Positions 26,036 to 36,670 of a stretch of DNA of 64,000 nucleotides are shown here, one piece after another. The notes beneath the pieces were generated by a model. That model did no database searches. It worked only from the letters and a program-made list of their open reading frames with translations, and had not been told where the DNA came from. This DNA is from Gekko japonicus (Eukaryota), in contig NW_015169819.1 of NCBI RefSeq assembly GCF_001447785.1, positions 215,500 to 279,499 on the forward strand, read 5' to 3'. The number at the start of each line of letters is the position of its first letter. Within the stretch, counting starts at the first letter, position 1. Position numbers and translations under genes: made by a program.

Positions 26036-26934
26036 AACTTTGACTTGACTACAAATACATCTTGCTAAGGAAACCTTTATTATACTACTGCCATCTTGTC
26101 CTGTGATTATACATGACAAAACTGCCTATGGTTTTCTCTCCAAAATGAGGAAGGACTGAATTTGTGATATCTAAAACAGTGCTCTCTCATTTACCCTAAG
26201 CACACTTACTTGCAAAGAAGCACCACCGAAATCAATCAGACAGGATACTCAAGATTCAGATACCAGCTAAACACTGGTTCACTCAGAACAGAAGATGTAA
26301 CTATATGACATGTACAGACATTTATGTTTCTTGTACATATTATACATGTGCTTGCTGTACTATATGCTATAACAGCTAAAACTGTTAACACCAGTGTTAG
26401 AAGGACTTACCTGTACCAGTTTAACTTTACTTTGTTCTCTTTGGCTATGTACTTTTATAAAGTGTCCTTGTTGTGAAACTTTCATTCTGCAAGGGGAGAA
26501 TCCTTGTAAACCTCTCTGTAGACAATGAAAGCTCAAAGCAATTTGGGAAAGACTGTGAATGGTATAAAAGAAGTAATATTTTGCAAGCTGAGTCTGTTTT
26601 TCCAATAAAGTTGTGTGAAAGTCATTTTCTCCATTGTAAGAAAGTATGTAACAAGACCACCCAAATATTAATTCAAAAGATGGTTATGCTAACAGTGGTG
26701 CAAGAGTAATCTCTGTGCTCCAGTGACATCAATATTACTTGTTCTAGGTCTGGACTTGCCATTATACTAACCTGCGGATATTACATGGGTTCCCAGAAAA
26801 TCAGTGCACTCCTAATGTGGTTTAATCATTTGGAAGCTGTATGTATGAAGAATCTTTCCACCAGAGCAGCCAAGTCTGTAGCAGACCTGCATTACACTAA
26901 AAATTAAGAACAAAGTTTGAGTCGAGTGGCACTA

Positions 26935-27533
26935 GGGACTTTTCCGCATTCTCATTTTAAAGGTAAAGGTAAAGGTTCCCTTGCTCGAAAGCCAGTCGAA
27001 TCCAACTCTAGGGTTGCAGTGCTCATCTCCGTTTCCAAGCCGAAGAGCCAGCGCTGTCCGAAGACGTTTCCGTGGTCATGTGGCCAGCATGACTAAACAC
27101 CAAGGCGCACAGAATGCTGTTACCTTCCCACCAAAGTGGTACCTATTTATCTACTTGCAATTTCTTGCTTTCGAACTGCTAGGTTGGCAGGAGCTGGAAC
27201 TAGATGCGACACACTCGGGTCTTGAACTGCGGAACTACTGACCTTCCACAGCCTGCAGTTCAGCGTCTTAACCACTTGAGCCACCTCAGCTCAATTTACT
27301 TCTTGGTAAATTCCAGTTCCTTCGGGATTTTCCCTCCAGTTCTGCATGCATTTTGCTCCTTCTAGTGGTCGATTGCAGCATATCTCCCTGCAGATTTAAA
27401 TTACAGGTTTTTATGCTGGAAGCTGTGTGATATCTAATTGACCACTAGAGGGAGCAAAACATGTGCAGAACAGGAAAAAAGCCCCGAATAAAACCCAGCA
27501 GTTTAATCAGGAAATAAAATGCAGAAAAGCCCC
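26935..27533. mobile_element. Palindromic MITE (Harbinger-like) containing a Sauria SINE
   Basis: TIR gggacttttccgca / tgcagaaaagcccc; internal inverted arms about 27340-27374 and 27436-27470. Confidence 0.75.
26960..27292 (-). mobile_element. Sauria SINE
   Basis: (aaaggt)n tail and high identity to the other copies. Confidence 0.92.
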
Positions 27534-28398
27534 AGGTGTCCACTGGACTCGCCTTTGTTATACTGCTTCAGACCAACACGGCTACCCACCTGAATCTATT
27601 AAAAATTAATTATCATGGAATGAACTTCCACAGGAAATAACCTGATTTATTGCCTGCATCAATCATTTGTTGAAGCAGAAAAACTCATGCTGCAATCAAT
27701 ACACCAGTCAACCTCGGAGGTAGTACGGCCCATTGTCTCTTGGGGGTACATTGCCATGAAAATAACCAAGAATAGGATGGATTTGTACAATCTAGAAATA
27801 TCTGTATTTTTCCCTGGTCATGCAACAAAAAGATAATGTTGACCATATTCCCAATTTTATAGTGGAAGTATTCCAAAAAAGATGTTAGGTAAGAGATAAA
27901 AACGTTTTATAGGACACAGATGGAAGACTGAGGTGTGGGAAAAATATATGTGGGGAATATCCTTGGTTAGTGACTTGGTTCTGAAAATCTAGTTTTATTA
28001 CAATAAACCTGAGAATTACAAGTCCCAGGCCTTAATGGAAAACATACAAAGAGCTCCCCACCCTCCTTAATTTAGTAAAATACTGCAGCTAAGCAAATAC
28101 TAAATGTCTTACAACTTGTGAAATCCCACTCAGTTTGTGTGCACCTAGAGTTTTCCAATAGATGCAAATGGTAACCCATTGTAAATTAGAGCTTTTGGCG
28201 TGACTTTAGACTAATCACTTTCTCTTGGGCAAGTTTACCACACAATGCTGTTGTGAAGATAACACAAAGGATTCTCATTTTTTTGCTCCTTGAAGGAAGT
28301 GGCATAAGAATGTGCCTCCCAGATAGAACTCCAAAGAAACTGAAAGGTCCATGGGAGGAAAGCAGAGGGGGAATAACTCCTTCCCTTTGTTACTACAA

Positions 28399-28684
28399 GA
28401 GCCAGTTTGGTGTAGTGGTTAGGAGTGCAGACTCTAATATGGGAGAGCTGGGTTTGATTTCCTGCTCCTTCACAGGCAGCTGTTGGTGTGACGTTGGGTC
28501 AGTTACATGTTCTTTCAGAGCTGTTCTCTCACAAGCAGTTCTCAAAAGAGCTCTCGCAACCCCACCTACCTCACAGGGTGTCTGATGTGCGGAGTGAAAG
28601 GAAAAGGAGATTGTAAACCACTCTGAGACTCCTTCAGGTAGTGAAGGGAGGGTATAAATCCAATTTCTTCTTGTTGTTGTTGTA
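28399..28684 (+). mobile_element. tRNA/CORE-type SINE (Squam3-like)
   Basis: A box tggtgtagtggtt, B-box-like ggtttgatttcc, (ttc/ttg)n tail. Confidence 0.85.
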
Positions 28685-28831
28685 ATTTCTTTTACATGTT
28701 AAACCTAGGCCCCCTTTTTGTGGAAAAATCCAAGTGTTATAATGCTAGTTCTAGTAGTTCTATCATTACTTTTAATGTAAAGATGCATTTACACACACTT
28801 GTGCCATATAACATGCAGTAGAAATGCTTCT

Positions 28832-29184
28832 GAGGGAGCTACAGTGGCTCAAGTGGTTAAGACGCTGAACTGCAGGCTGTGGAAGGTCAGTAGTTCAGCA
28901 GTTCGAGACCCGGGTGCCGCATGATGGAGTGAGCTCCCATCTCTAGTTCTAGCTCCTGCCAACCTAGCAGTTCGAAAGCAAGAAATTGCAAGTAGATAAA
29001 TAGGTACCAATTCGGTGGGAAGGTAACAGTGTTCCGTGCACCTTGGTGTTTAGTTATGCCGGCCACATGACCACGGAAACGTCTTCGGACAGCGCTGGCT
29101 CTTCAGCTTTGAAACGGAGATGAGCACCACAACCCTAGAGTTGGATTTGACTGGCTTTCGAGCAAGGGAACCTTTACCTTTACC
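28832..29184 (+). mobile_element. Full-length Sauria SINE
   Basis: A box tggctcaagtgg, B box gttcgagacc, (accttt)n tail, 13-bp TSD tagaaatgcttct at 28819-28831 and 29185-29197. Confidence 0.95.
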
Positions 29185-29344
29185 TAGAAATGCTTCTATT
29201 CAGCCCTAATAGTCCATGTTAATCCAGAATATAGGCTGCCACGTGTGTGTGTATTATCTGTGCATATGTTTTCTGAGAATTTTCCTCACAAAAGTTGGAA
29301 CTATCCATTAAAAACCATTTGGTGGTTTAACTTTTCCTTAGTCG

Positions 29345-29472
29345 CCCGCGCGGGGGGTGGGGTGGGGTGAAACGTTCCCTTGCCTCCCTGAGCCCCGGGG
29401 TGGTGGCCTTGGACTCGTAGGGGGAAATTCCACCTCTCGCGTGATGGCAAATTCCACCTCTCGCGTGTGATA
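29345..29472 (-). repeat. Orphan copy of the internal repeat unit of the 33581-35033 element
   Basis: gcctccctgagccccggggtggtggccttggactc.tagggg.aaattccacctctcgcgtg matches the array unit. Confidence 0.9.
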
Positions 29473-29561
29473 TCACGTGACACCGGAGGAGCGATCACAC
29501 AGGGGGGAAATGCGGCTTTAAATGGGAGAGCTAACACCACTTTGGGACCTGGTAACAAAAT

Positions 29562-29848
29562 TGTTAGATATGAGACTCGAGGTAGCAGGTGAACAGTGAT
29601 AACAGCTTTATTGAACACGAAGTCAGAAGAACCAGAACGAGACAAACAATGGAGCAACAGGCTCCTTTTTAAACAGTCCGGGCTTGGCAAGCCACGCCCA
29701 CATGTCAGATAAGATCCAATCAGAAACTGTACATAAAGACCAATCACTTTGCTTCCCTCCAGAACTTCCCTTGTTCTGATAGGTCGGTTTACAATATCTT
29801 TCTTAGACTCAAGCTCATACATTAATACATTCAGTTCTGTACATAACA
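29562..29848 (-). mobile_element. Solo LTR, 287 bp
   Basis: TGTTA...TAACA ends, 5-bp TSD aaaat, minus-strand AATAAA near 29607. Confidence 0.85.
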
Positions 29849-29965
29849 AAAATACTCCGGGTTAAAGCGGTTTTGAGCCAGAAACCAACGGCTGGGGACG
29901 GGAAGCAGATGCTGACTGTGTGATTGTGCATATAAAAGCCATTTCTGAAGCGTGACAACACCAGA

Positions 29966-30618
29966 TTTATTTATTTATTCAAATTTATAGCCCGCCCTCC
30001 CTGCAATGGGCTCAGGGCGGCTCACAAATAGGGCAACATTTGCCAATAGTTAAAACACAAATAGGGCAAAAAATGCCAATAGTTAATCAATAAAACAAGA
30101 TAAAACCAACATTCATAAGAACATAAGAACATAAGAGATGCCAATGTTGGATCAGACCAAAGGCCCATCCAGTCCAACACTCTGTATCACACAGTGGCCA
30201 GAAATACCAGTGCCATCAGGAGGTCCACCAGTGGGGCCAGTACATTAGAAGCCCTCCCACTGTTGACCCCCCCCAAGCACCAAGAAGACAGAGCATCAAA
30301 ACAGCATAAAGTGCTCCAGATGTTTTAAAAGATCTTCAATCGCAAGATGGTATCTTGGGGATGGTAGTCCCAATTCTATGGTATCCCGGGAATGTTAGAC
30401 TCAATTCAATGGTATAGTTCCACGCGATATTATACTATCTTGTCACAGGGCCATCACAACCCCAATGTTATCTAATCAATTGGTGGTGGTAAAGCAACAA
30501 CGATGATGCGACGATGGTAATACAGTAGTGATGGTATGGTGGTAGGGTAGTGTGGTGGTGGTGGCGGCTCCTACTCAAAAGCCTGGTGGAAGAGCTCCGT
30601 CTTACAGGCCCTGCGGAT
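29966..30618 (-). mobile_element. LINE (L2-type) 3' end with a nested CR1-tail fragment at about 30113-30297
   Basis: (attt)n tail; similarity to the L2 at 57.1-57.8 kb ('ttacaggccctg.gga'); (taagaaca)n CR1-type tail. Confidence 0.7.
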
Positions 30619-30732
30619 CAAACAGTGCATCTGAATGCACCCTCAGTGACTCTCTTTAAAGTACTTACATTAACTGAATAAGAGTGAATTTGCCTTCTGC
30701 TGATAAAAGAATCAGAGTTTAGTAGGATCCTG

Positions 30733-31048
30733 TGAAATATACTGGGTTCAGACGCGTAGAGTGATTAGCTCATGTTTATTGTGGTTTCAGCTCCAAACTA
30801 ATACAAACTTGCAGGGTCAGAGCCCTGCTTATATTCATACCACACACCACACCCAACATACACCCAACTACCAACGACAGGTTATTTACAAGGTATTGTT
30901 AAGCAATTGGCTATTACTAGGATTCGGGTCAATCTATTGGTTCATTCTAGGATCCTAGCCTTCTATTGTTATGCGTTCTAAGCGCCACTATTTCGCATGT
31001 CCGTTGCAAAGCCCGTTCGCAAGTCCGGTTCCATCGCAATACATAACA
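30733..31048 (-). mobile_element. Solo LTR, 316 bp
   Basis: TG...CA ends with imperfect terminal inverted repeat, 5-bp TSD tcctg at 30728-30732 and 31049-31053, minus-strand AATAAA near 30775. Confidence 0.8.
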
Positions 31049-31157
31049 TCCTGAAAACACCTTCTCATCACTACATGACTATATTTGTATCATAAAGAGT
31101 TGACTGGTTCAGTGAGGCATTATATAACCCGGAAAGGGTACTTGAAAAGCAAAAACT

Positions 31158-32099
31158 TGTGGGAAGTCAAAGAATTTTCCACCCTGATAACATTTTCTAG
31201 CTCAGCATTTGTGTTGATTCTGTGATTAACCATTGCATCAAAGGTTTGGAGAAACCCAATCTTGTGTGTGGGTTTAACTTTCCAGGACTGGAGAGGAGAC
31301 TATCAAACTTTAGGTAGGCCTTGGCCTAATCTCCTCATTCCCCTCTCCTCCTGTCTCCAACCAGTAATCTGAGAGCAACTCTCTAGAGAGGTCAAGAAAT
31401 CCATCAAGAGTATGAGGAGATCTGCCATAGAATGCTGCAAGAGGGAGAACCAGTTCCTGGGCGGGAACTGCTGTTTATATTATTAAGTTTTTGAGGAGAA
31501 AGTCGGTTGGTTGGTTGATTGGAGCTTGCAAGAGACAGAGGCAGGTATGGCCCTGCTCCCGGGCCAGTGACGGTGGCCATGGAGGAGGGGGGAACACGTG
31601 TTTGTCCCACTTACCCCAGAATAATGAAGTAATGTACCTGCCCTGCATACCACCTAGATAGGGCATGAGTTTAGAGGAGGGAGAGAGATGAAACGTTTTT
31701 GTCAACATTATTTTATTTCTTCCATTTACTTCTGATGTGCCTGTATATATAGTTGTGAGTTTTAAACAAATCCTTTGATTGTTGAAGGAGTGAAGTCCCT
31801 CTGTACCACATAGTTCTCCCAGCCGCTTGGAAACACTAGGAGTGGGTCAGGGAAATCCCTAGGGAGGAAAAAAGTTAGTTGCCAACTATCCAGGGGAGAC
31901 CCAAAGATTCCTGGAAAGCCCTGAGGCAGGCTTCTAGGGACGCCAGAGGGAGGTTAGGAGGCTGTCCCGCCTAACCAGAGCCCAAGACAGGGTGGCAGCA
32001 GTACCCTGAGGGAGTGACAGCCCCTTCAGGTGCAAGGTCAGGCAAAGGAGGGGCAGGCAGAGCAGGGCCTGCCAGCTGACACAGGCCCAGTCCGCCACA
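31158..32099. mobile_element. Possible solo LTR, about 940 bp
   Basis: TGTGG...CCACA ends; only an imperfect TSD (aact/aaca). Confidence 0.4.
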
Positions 32100-33580
32100 A
32101 ACACTAATACTGAATTTTCTAAATCAACAAGTTTCTTCCAGGAAATGGATGTGAATGAGACCTGACAAGGCAAACACTTTAATGCTTGAATCAATATGTG
32201 TTAAGCCTTTATAACACAGGAACTTCACCAGGAAGCTCTGCCAAACAGGCAAATTGATACTTAGTGCTTTTCACCTGCGCTTGTATAAGGCAGAACAGCT
32301 TTCAAGCTATTGATGTATAGTACTTCTAGGTTAAGATTCAATAAGGCTAATGTCTGTTTAGCCTTTGAAAACTATGGGAATAGACTCAAAGTGTTTGGCT
32401 CTCACTATACTATTTTAAATAATTTAACAGCTGGGGACTGGTACAACACAGTTACAATAATAATAGTCCCCTGGGAAGTCTCCTGAAAACTGGAGAACAC
32501 TTGGACATTTTCTGGGTATGAACAAAACGTCAAATTGTATTGGGGGGGGGGCTATCTCCACACCTGCAACTCTTGCTTGTTTTGATCCACTTTGAATATA
32601 TAGCTCAATATTTATGTTATTGGTTTAATATATGTGTGGCTTAATCAATTAAAAACTGTTTAAAATGGTTTCACATATATATTGTTCTTTAATCCCCATT
32701 TAATTCTCCCTGCCTTTTCCTTCCTCCTTCTTCAATATGAGATTTTATAAAAGTTCTTCTCTTTAGCTCTCAATATTATCTTCATACACATTTAATTTTA
32801 CTATCTTTATATATTAAATATAAACTGAAGATCATTTCAGAGGTGAGTGTGTGCACGTGTGGTTTTTTCATCTGAATTACTAGAATCACCTTGGAAGGGT
32901 TTGTTGCAGAAAGACTAACCAGTTTTTGATTCCCTCTCCACTTAATGGTTTAGCCAAGCAGTTGGGAATGCAGTTTACATGAAGACTGATAACAGCATGT
33001 ATAGAGGCAGGATTGCCTTATGGCAGGGGTGGCCAAACTGCAGCTCAGGAGCCACATGCGGCTCTTTCACACATCCTGGCAGGGTGACTGGGGAAGCAAA
33101 GGGATCAGGGATACTTCCCCAGCCAATGTTCACCTCCCTGGGTAAGCCTGAGGTTGGGGGGAGCAGAGAAAGAAAGCAACATTAACTTCAAATGCATTCT
33201 CAAAGCCACCACTCCCCCCCCCCGGCTTTGTACACCATGAGCAAGTACACCATGAGAAGTGATTCCTTTATCCTTTTGTACACCACGAGAAGTGATTCCT
33301 TTATCATACCATGTTCAGGCACATTCAGCAGCATCTCTGCTATTTTGTCCGTTGTGTTCAGGCCACTTGAACTTTTGGGCTCTTATTTGTTTTTAACTGC
33401 CTTTCTAATAAATACATGTATTTTTGTATATATGTTTTAACTAGGCTTTTAATATTGGCCTTTATTAGACTTCTTTCTTACCCTTTGTGGTTCTTGATAT
33501 TAAAAAGTGATTCAGGCTAAAAAGAACGACAAAGTGAATACAACAGACAAAAAGCCTTTAGCCCGACACAAAAGAAACAC

Positions 33581-35033
33581 GGGACGTACTAAAACTAAGG
33601 ACAAGCGATTGCCCATAGGGAATAGATGAATACCAATACGGAATAATGAAGAGTAGGCTTGCCCATAGGGGATAATGGAGTACATAATTGCCAATAAAGA
33701 ATCCATAATAGCCAATAGAGAATCCATTCCTGCCCATAAGGAATAATGGAGAGGACGCTTGCCCATAGGGGATAAGGGCTCTTTAAAAACCTATGGCCGC
33801 CGCCATCGGCGGCAGCTGCAACAGCCGCGCGGGGGGTTTTTTTTTGAAATGTTCCCCCGCCTCCCTGAGCCCCGGGGTGGTGGCCTTGGACTCCTAGGGG
33901 CAAATTCCACAGCGGCTCAGGGAGGCGTGGGAACATTTCGCCCCCTCCGCAGCCGTTCCAGCTGCCGTGGCCATAACTTTTTAAAGAGACCTTAACAAGA
34001 GCTGGAGAAGCCGGAATGACCTCTTGTGTGTGATGTCTGAGCAGCATTGTGTCATGTGAGAGGTGGAATTTGCCCGTAGGAGTCCAAGGCCACCACCCCG
34101 GGGCTCAGGGGCATTGCCACTTGGACATCACACGCGAGAGGTGGGATTTGCCCCTAGGAGTCCAAGGCCACCACTGCGGGGCTCAGGGAGGTGGGGGAAT
34201 GTTTCGCCCCCTCCCCCTCGCGGCTGTTGCAGCTGCTGGCAACTGCGGCGGCGGCCATAACTTTTTAAAGAGCCCCTAACAAGAGGTGGGAGCCAGAATG
34301 ACCTCTAGCGTGTAATGTCCAAGCGGCAACGCCACCCCCCGCAGCCGTTGCAGCTGCCGCCGCCAATGTCAGCGCCCATAACTTTTTAAAGAGGCCCTAA
34401 CACGAGCTGGAGAGCCGGAATGACCTCTTGCGTGTCATTTTCACACGCGAGAGGTGGAATTTGCTCCTAGGAGTCCAAGGCCACCACCCCGGGGCTCAGG
34501 GAGGCGAGGGAATGTTCCCCCCCCCCCCGGGGCTGTTTGAGTGGTTGTTCGTCCCTGGTGGCAGCCATAACTTTTTAAAGAGCCCCTAACAAGAGCTGGG
34601 AGACCCAGAATGACCTCTTGCGCGAGAGGTGGAATTTGCCCCTAGGAGTCCAAGGCCACCCCCCCCCCAGGGCTCAGGGAGGCGGGGGAACGTTTCGCCC
34701 CCCGTCCCTGGTGGCAGCCATAACTTTTTAAAGAGCCCCTAACGAGAGCTGGGGGAGCCGGAATGACCTCTCGCGAGTGATGTCGGAACGGTGTTGCCTA
34801 TGAGCAATCATGGATTCTCTGTTGGCAGTTATGTACTCCCTTATCCCCTATGGGCAAGCGTCCTCACCATTATTCCTTATGGGCAGTCATGGATTCTGTA
34901 TTGGCATTATGGATTCTCTATTGGCATTTATGTACTGCACTATCCCCTCTGGGCAAGCCTACTCTCCATTATTCTCCATGAACACTCATGTATTCCCTAT
35001 GGGCAATCGCTGTCCTTAGTTGTAGTACGTCCC
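33581..35033. mobile_element. Non-autonomous foldback DNA transposon (Mutator- or Merlin-like)
   Basis: About 200-bp imperfect TIRs (33581-33778 and 34838-35033) starting GGGACGTACTA; perfect 9-bp TSD aagaaacac at 33572-33580 and 35034-35042; internal GC-rich tandem units. Confidence 0.9.
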
Positions 35034-35119
35034 AAGAAACACTACATAGTGCTTACGTACCCCCTCTAGGAGACAGCCCTATAGAACTCATTTTCCCCTG
35101 AAGAAAATAAACTTTCTTG

Positions 35120-35318
35120 GGAGGGGCGACGCTGAGACAACAATACGCCCAAATCGGGCGGTTTAGGAAACAACAACCACCAAAAACAAATACAGCACCC
35201 CTAAAACGGGCAAGATGCTCTCCTCGCCACCCGGAAGTGTGTTGCCCTCCTCAAACATGGCGGGCGTGACACGTCACGGGCAGGCGAAGCGGGCGGTTCC
35301 GGGTGAAGGACAGCAGCG
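35120..35318 (+). promoter_or_regulatory. COG1: COG1 CpG-island promoter
   Basis: ETS motif ccggaagt at 35231, YY1 motif aacatggcgg at 35254, palindrome cgtgacacgtcacg at 35265-35278, GC boxes, no TATA box. Confidence 0.8.
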
Positions 35319-35684
35319 ATGGCGGCGACTGCTGCGGAGACTGCGGCGCTGGACGCCTTGAAGCGGGGCGGCCCGGGAGCTGCCGAAGCACTCTTCGAGG
35401 CTCACACCGCGGCAGAACTGAGGGCAGTTGAGCGGCAGCTCCGCGCGGGCATCGAGGGGAAGCGCGAGGAGCTGCGGCAGATGGTCGGCGAGCGCTACCG
35501 GGACCTCATCGAGGCCGCGGACACCATCGCCGAGATGCGTCTCAGCGCCGAGCACCTCCTCGAGGCCGTGCGGGGACTCCAGCAGCGCCGCGCGCGAGGG
35601 CGAACCGGGCCGACCCCCTCCGCTCAGGGCAGCCGCCGTGGCGGCACCGGGATGCGGGCGCGAGAGCCTGCAGGGGCGCAACAG
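35319..35684 (+). CDS. COG1: COG1 exon 1 (conserved oligomeric Golgi complex subunit 1)
   Basis: Vps51-type N-terminus KREELRQMVGERYRDLIEAADTI; donor CAG|GTGGTG, phase 0. Confidence 0.93.
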
Positions 35685-35857
35685 GTGGTGGACCCTGGGG
35701 GCGTGGTCGGGCCGGGCCGGGGGGAGGGCACTTGACGGGGGTGGGGCCAGTGCGACCAAGTAATGACTCCCTCCCCAGGCAACCCTCTCTAGCAGAACCT
35801 TTGCGGCTTTAATGTTTTAAAATGGGCAGAAATCCAACAAGTAAAGTTATCTATCTC

Positions 35858-35975
35858 AACAGAACAAAGTTTGGGTCCAGTGGCACCCTTAAGGCCAACC
35901 AAGTTTTATGCAAGGTATAAGCTTTCATGTGCACGCACAGTCCTTCAGATACAGTGAAACAGAATTTCCTCAACC
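35858..35975 (-). mobile_element. Penelope-like terminal fragment with a degenerate minimal hammerhead motif
   Basis: Shares agaacaaagtttg.gtccagtggcac with 26908; minus strand reads gtat-CTGAAGG-actgtgcgtgcacat-GAAA-gcttatac. Confidence 0.7.
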
Positions 35976-36477
35976 ATATAGGAAGAGAGTTCTTTATCTC
36001 AGTCTCTACAGCTGGGTTGAATTGAATTAATCATCATCACCATTTGTTACACTGATAATGCTGTATGTCTTCTATTATGAAAAGCAAAAGAGCATACAGA
36101 GAATTCCTAGAAGGTCTCTCAGCCCTGTTTAGTTTCAGCAAGGTTGCAGCAGCATCATGTACCCTCCAACCATACTCTTATGCCTGCATACATTAATACC
36201 TGCTGCCCTTGAAGACACAAGAGCTCAGCCTCCCTCCAGGGAATCCTAGGGGTTGGTGAGAGGAAGGCCAACAAAGAGGTGGTGGTGGGGAGGTGGCCTA
36301 GCATCTGAGTCGTGCCCGTGGAAGTGTCAGTCTGGGGTGCCTGCTCAGGCTGGCCATGGAAATTGAGGAAAGAGAACCAAGAATATAGAAGCTGGCCATA
36401 GAGGCATCTCTCCCCAGACCTTCAGTCGTGCCCATAAGCATTCTGTTTGTCATCGTGTGACATCACTTTATCCTGCA

Positions 36478-36670
36478 CAAGGTAGTGGTTAGGGTATCAG
36501 ATGAGGATCTGAGAGACCCAGGTTCAGTTTCCCACTCTGCCGTGGAAGCTTGCAGGGTAACTTTGGACCAGTCACCCACACTCAGACTAACTTGCCTCAC
36601 AGGGCCGTTGCAATGATAAAATGGAGGAGGGAAGAATGTGGTAAACTGAGAAAAGGGGGGTAAAAATAAG
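36478..36670 (+). mobile_element. Old tRNA/CORE SINE
   Basis: tagtggttagg..ccaggttcagtttccc head; cctcacagggccgttg..gataaaatggagg body. Confidence 0.7.

Larger units (their letters stand above)
26908..27599. mobile_element. Penelope-like remnant hosting a MITE and a SINE
   Basis: Inverted ends gaacaaagtttgagtcgagtggcac / gtgtccactggactcgcctttgt; 10-bp TSD taaaaattaa at 26898-26907 and 27600-27609. Confidence 0.7.

Noticed and set aside
28832-28920. tRNA-like A and B boxes
   Set aside because: This is a SINE head that continues into SINE body and tail, not a tRNA gene. The same applies to the other SINE heads.
29301-29849. 182-aa minus-strand ORF
   Set aside because: It runs across a solo LTR and a repeat unit; there is no recognisable domain.
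33776-34790. Repeat-spacer appearance resembling a CRISPR array
   Set aside because: The locus is eukaryotic, the intervening sequences are themselves repeated, unit lengths vary widely and there are no cas genes.
35274-35763. Overlapping ORFs of 161 and 111 aa
   Set aside because: They are GC-rich shadows of COG1 exon 1.
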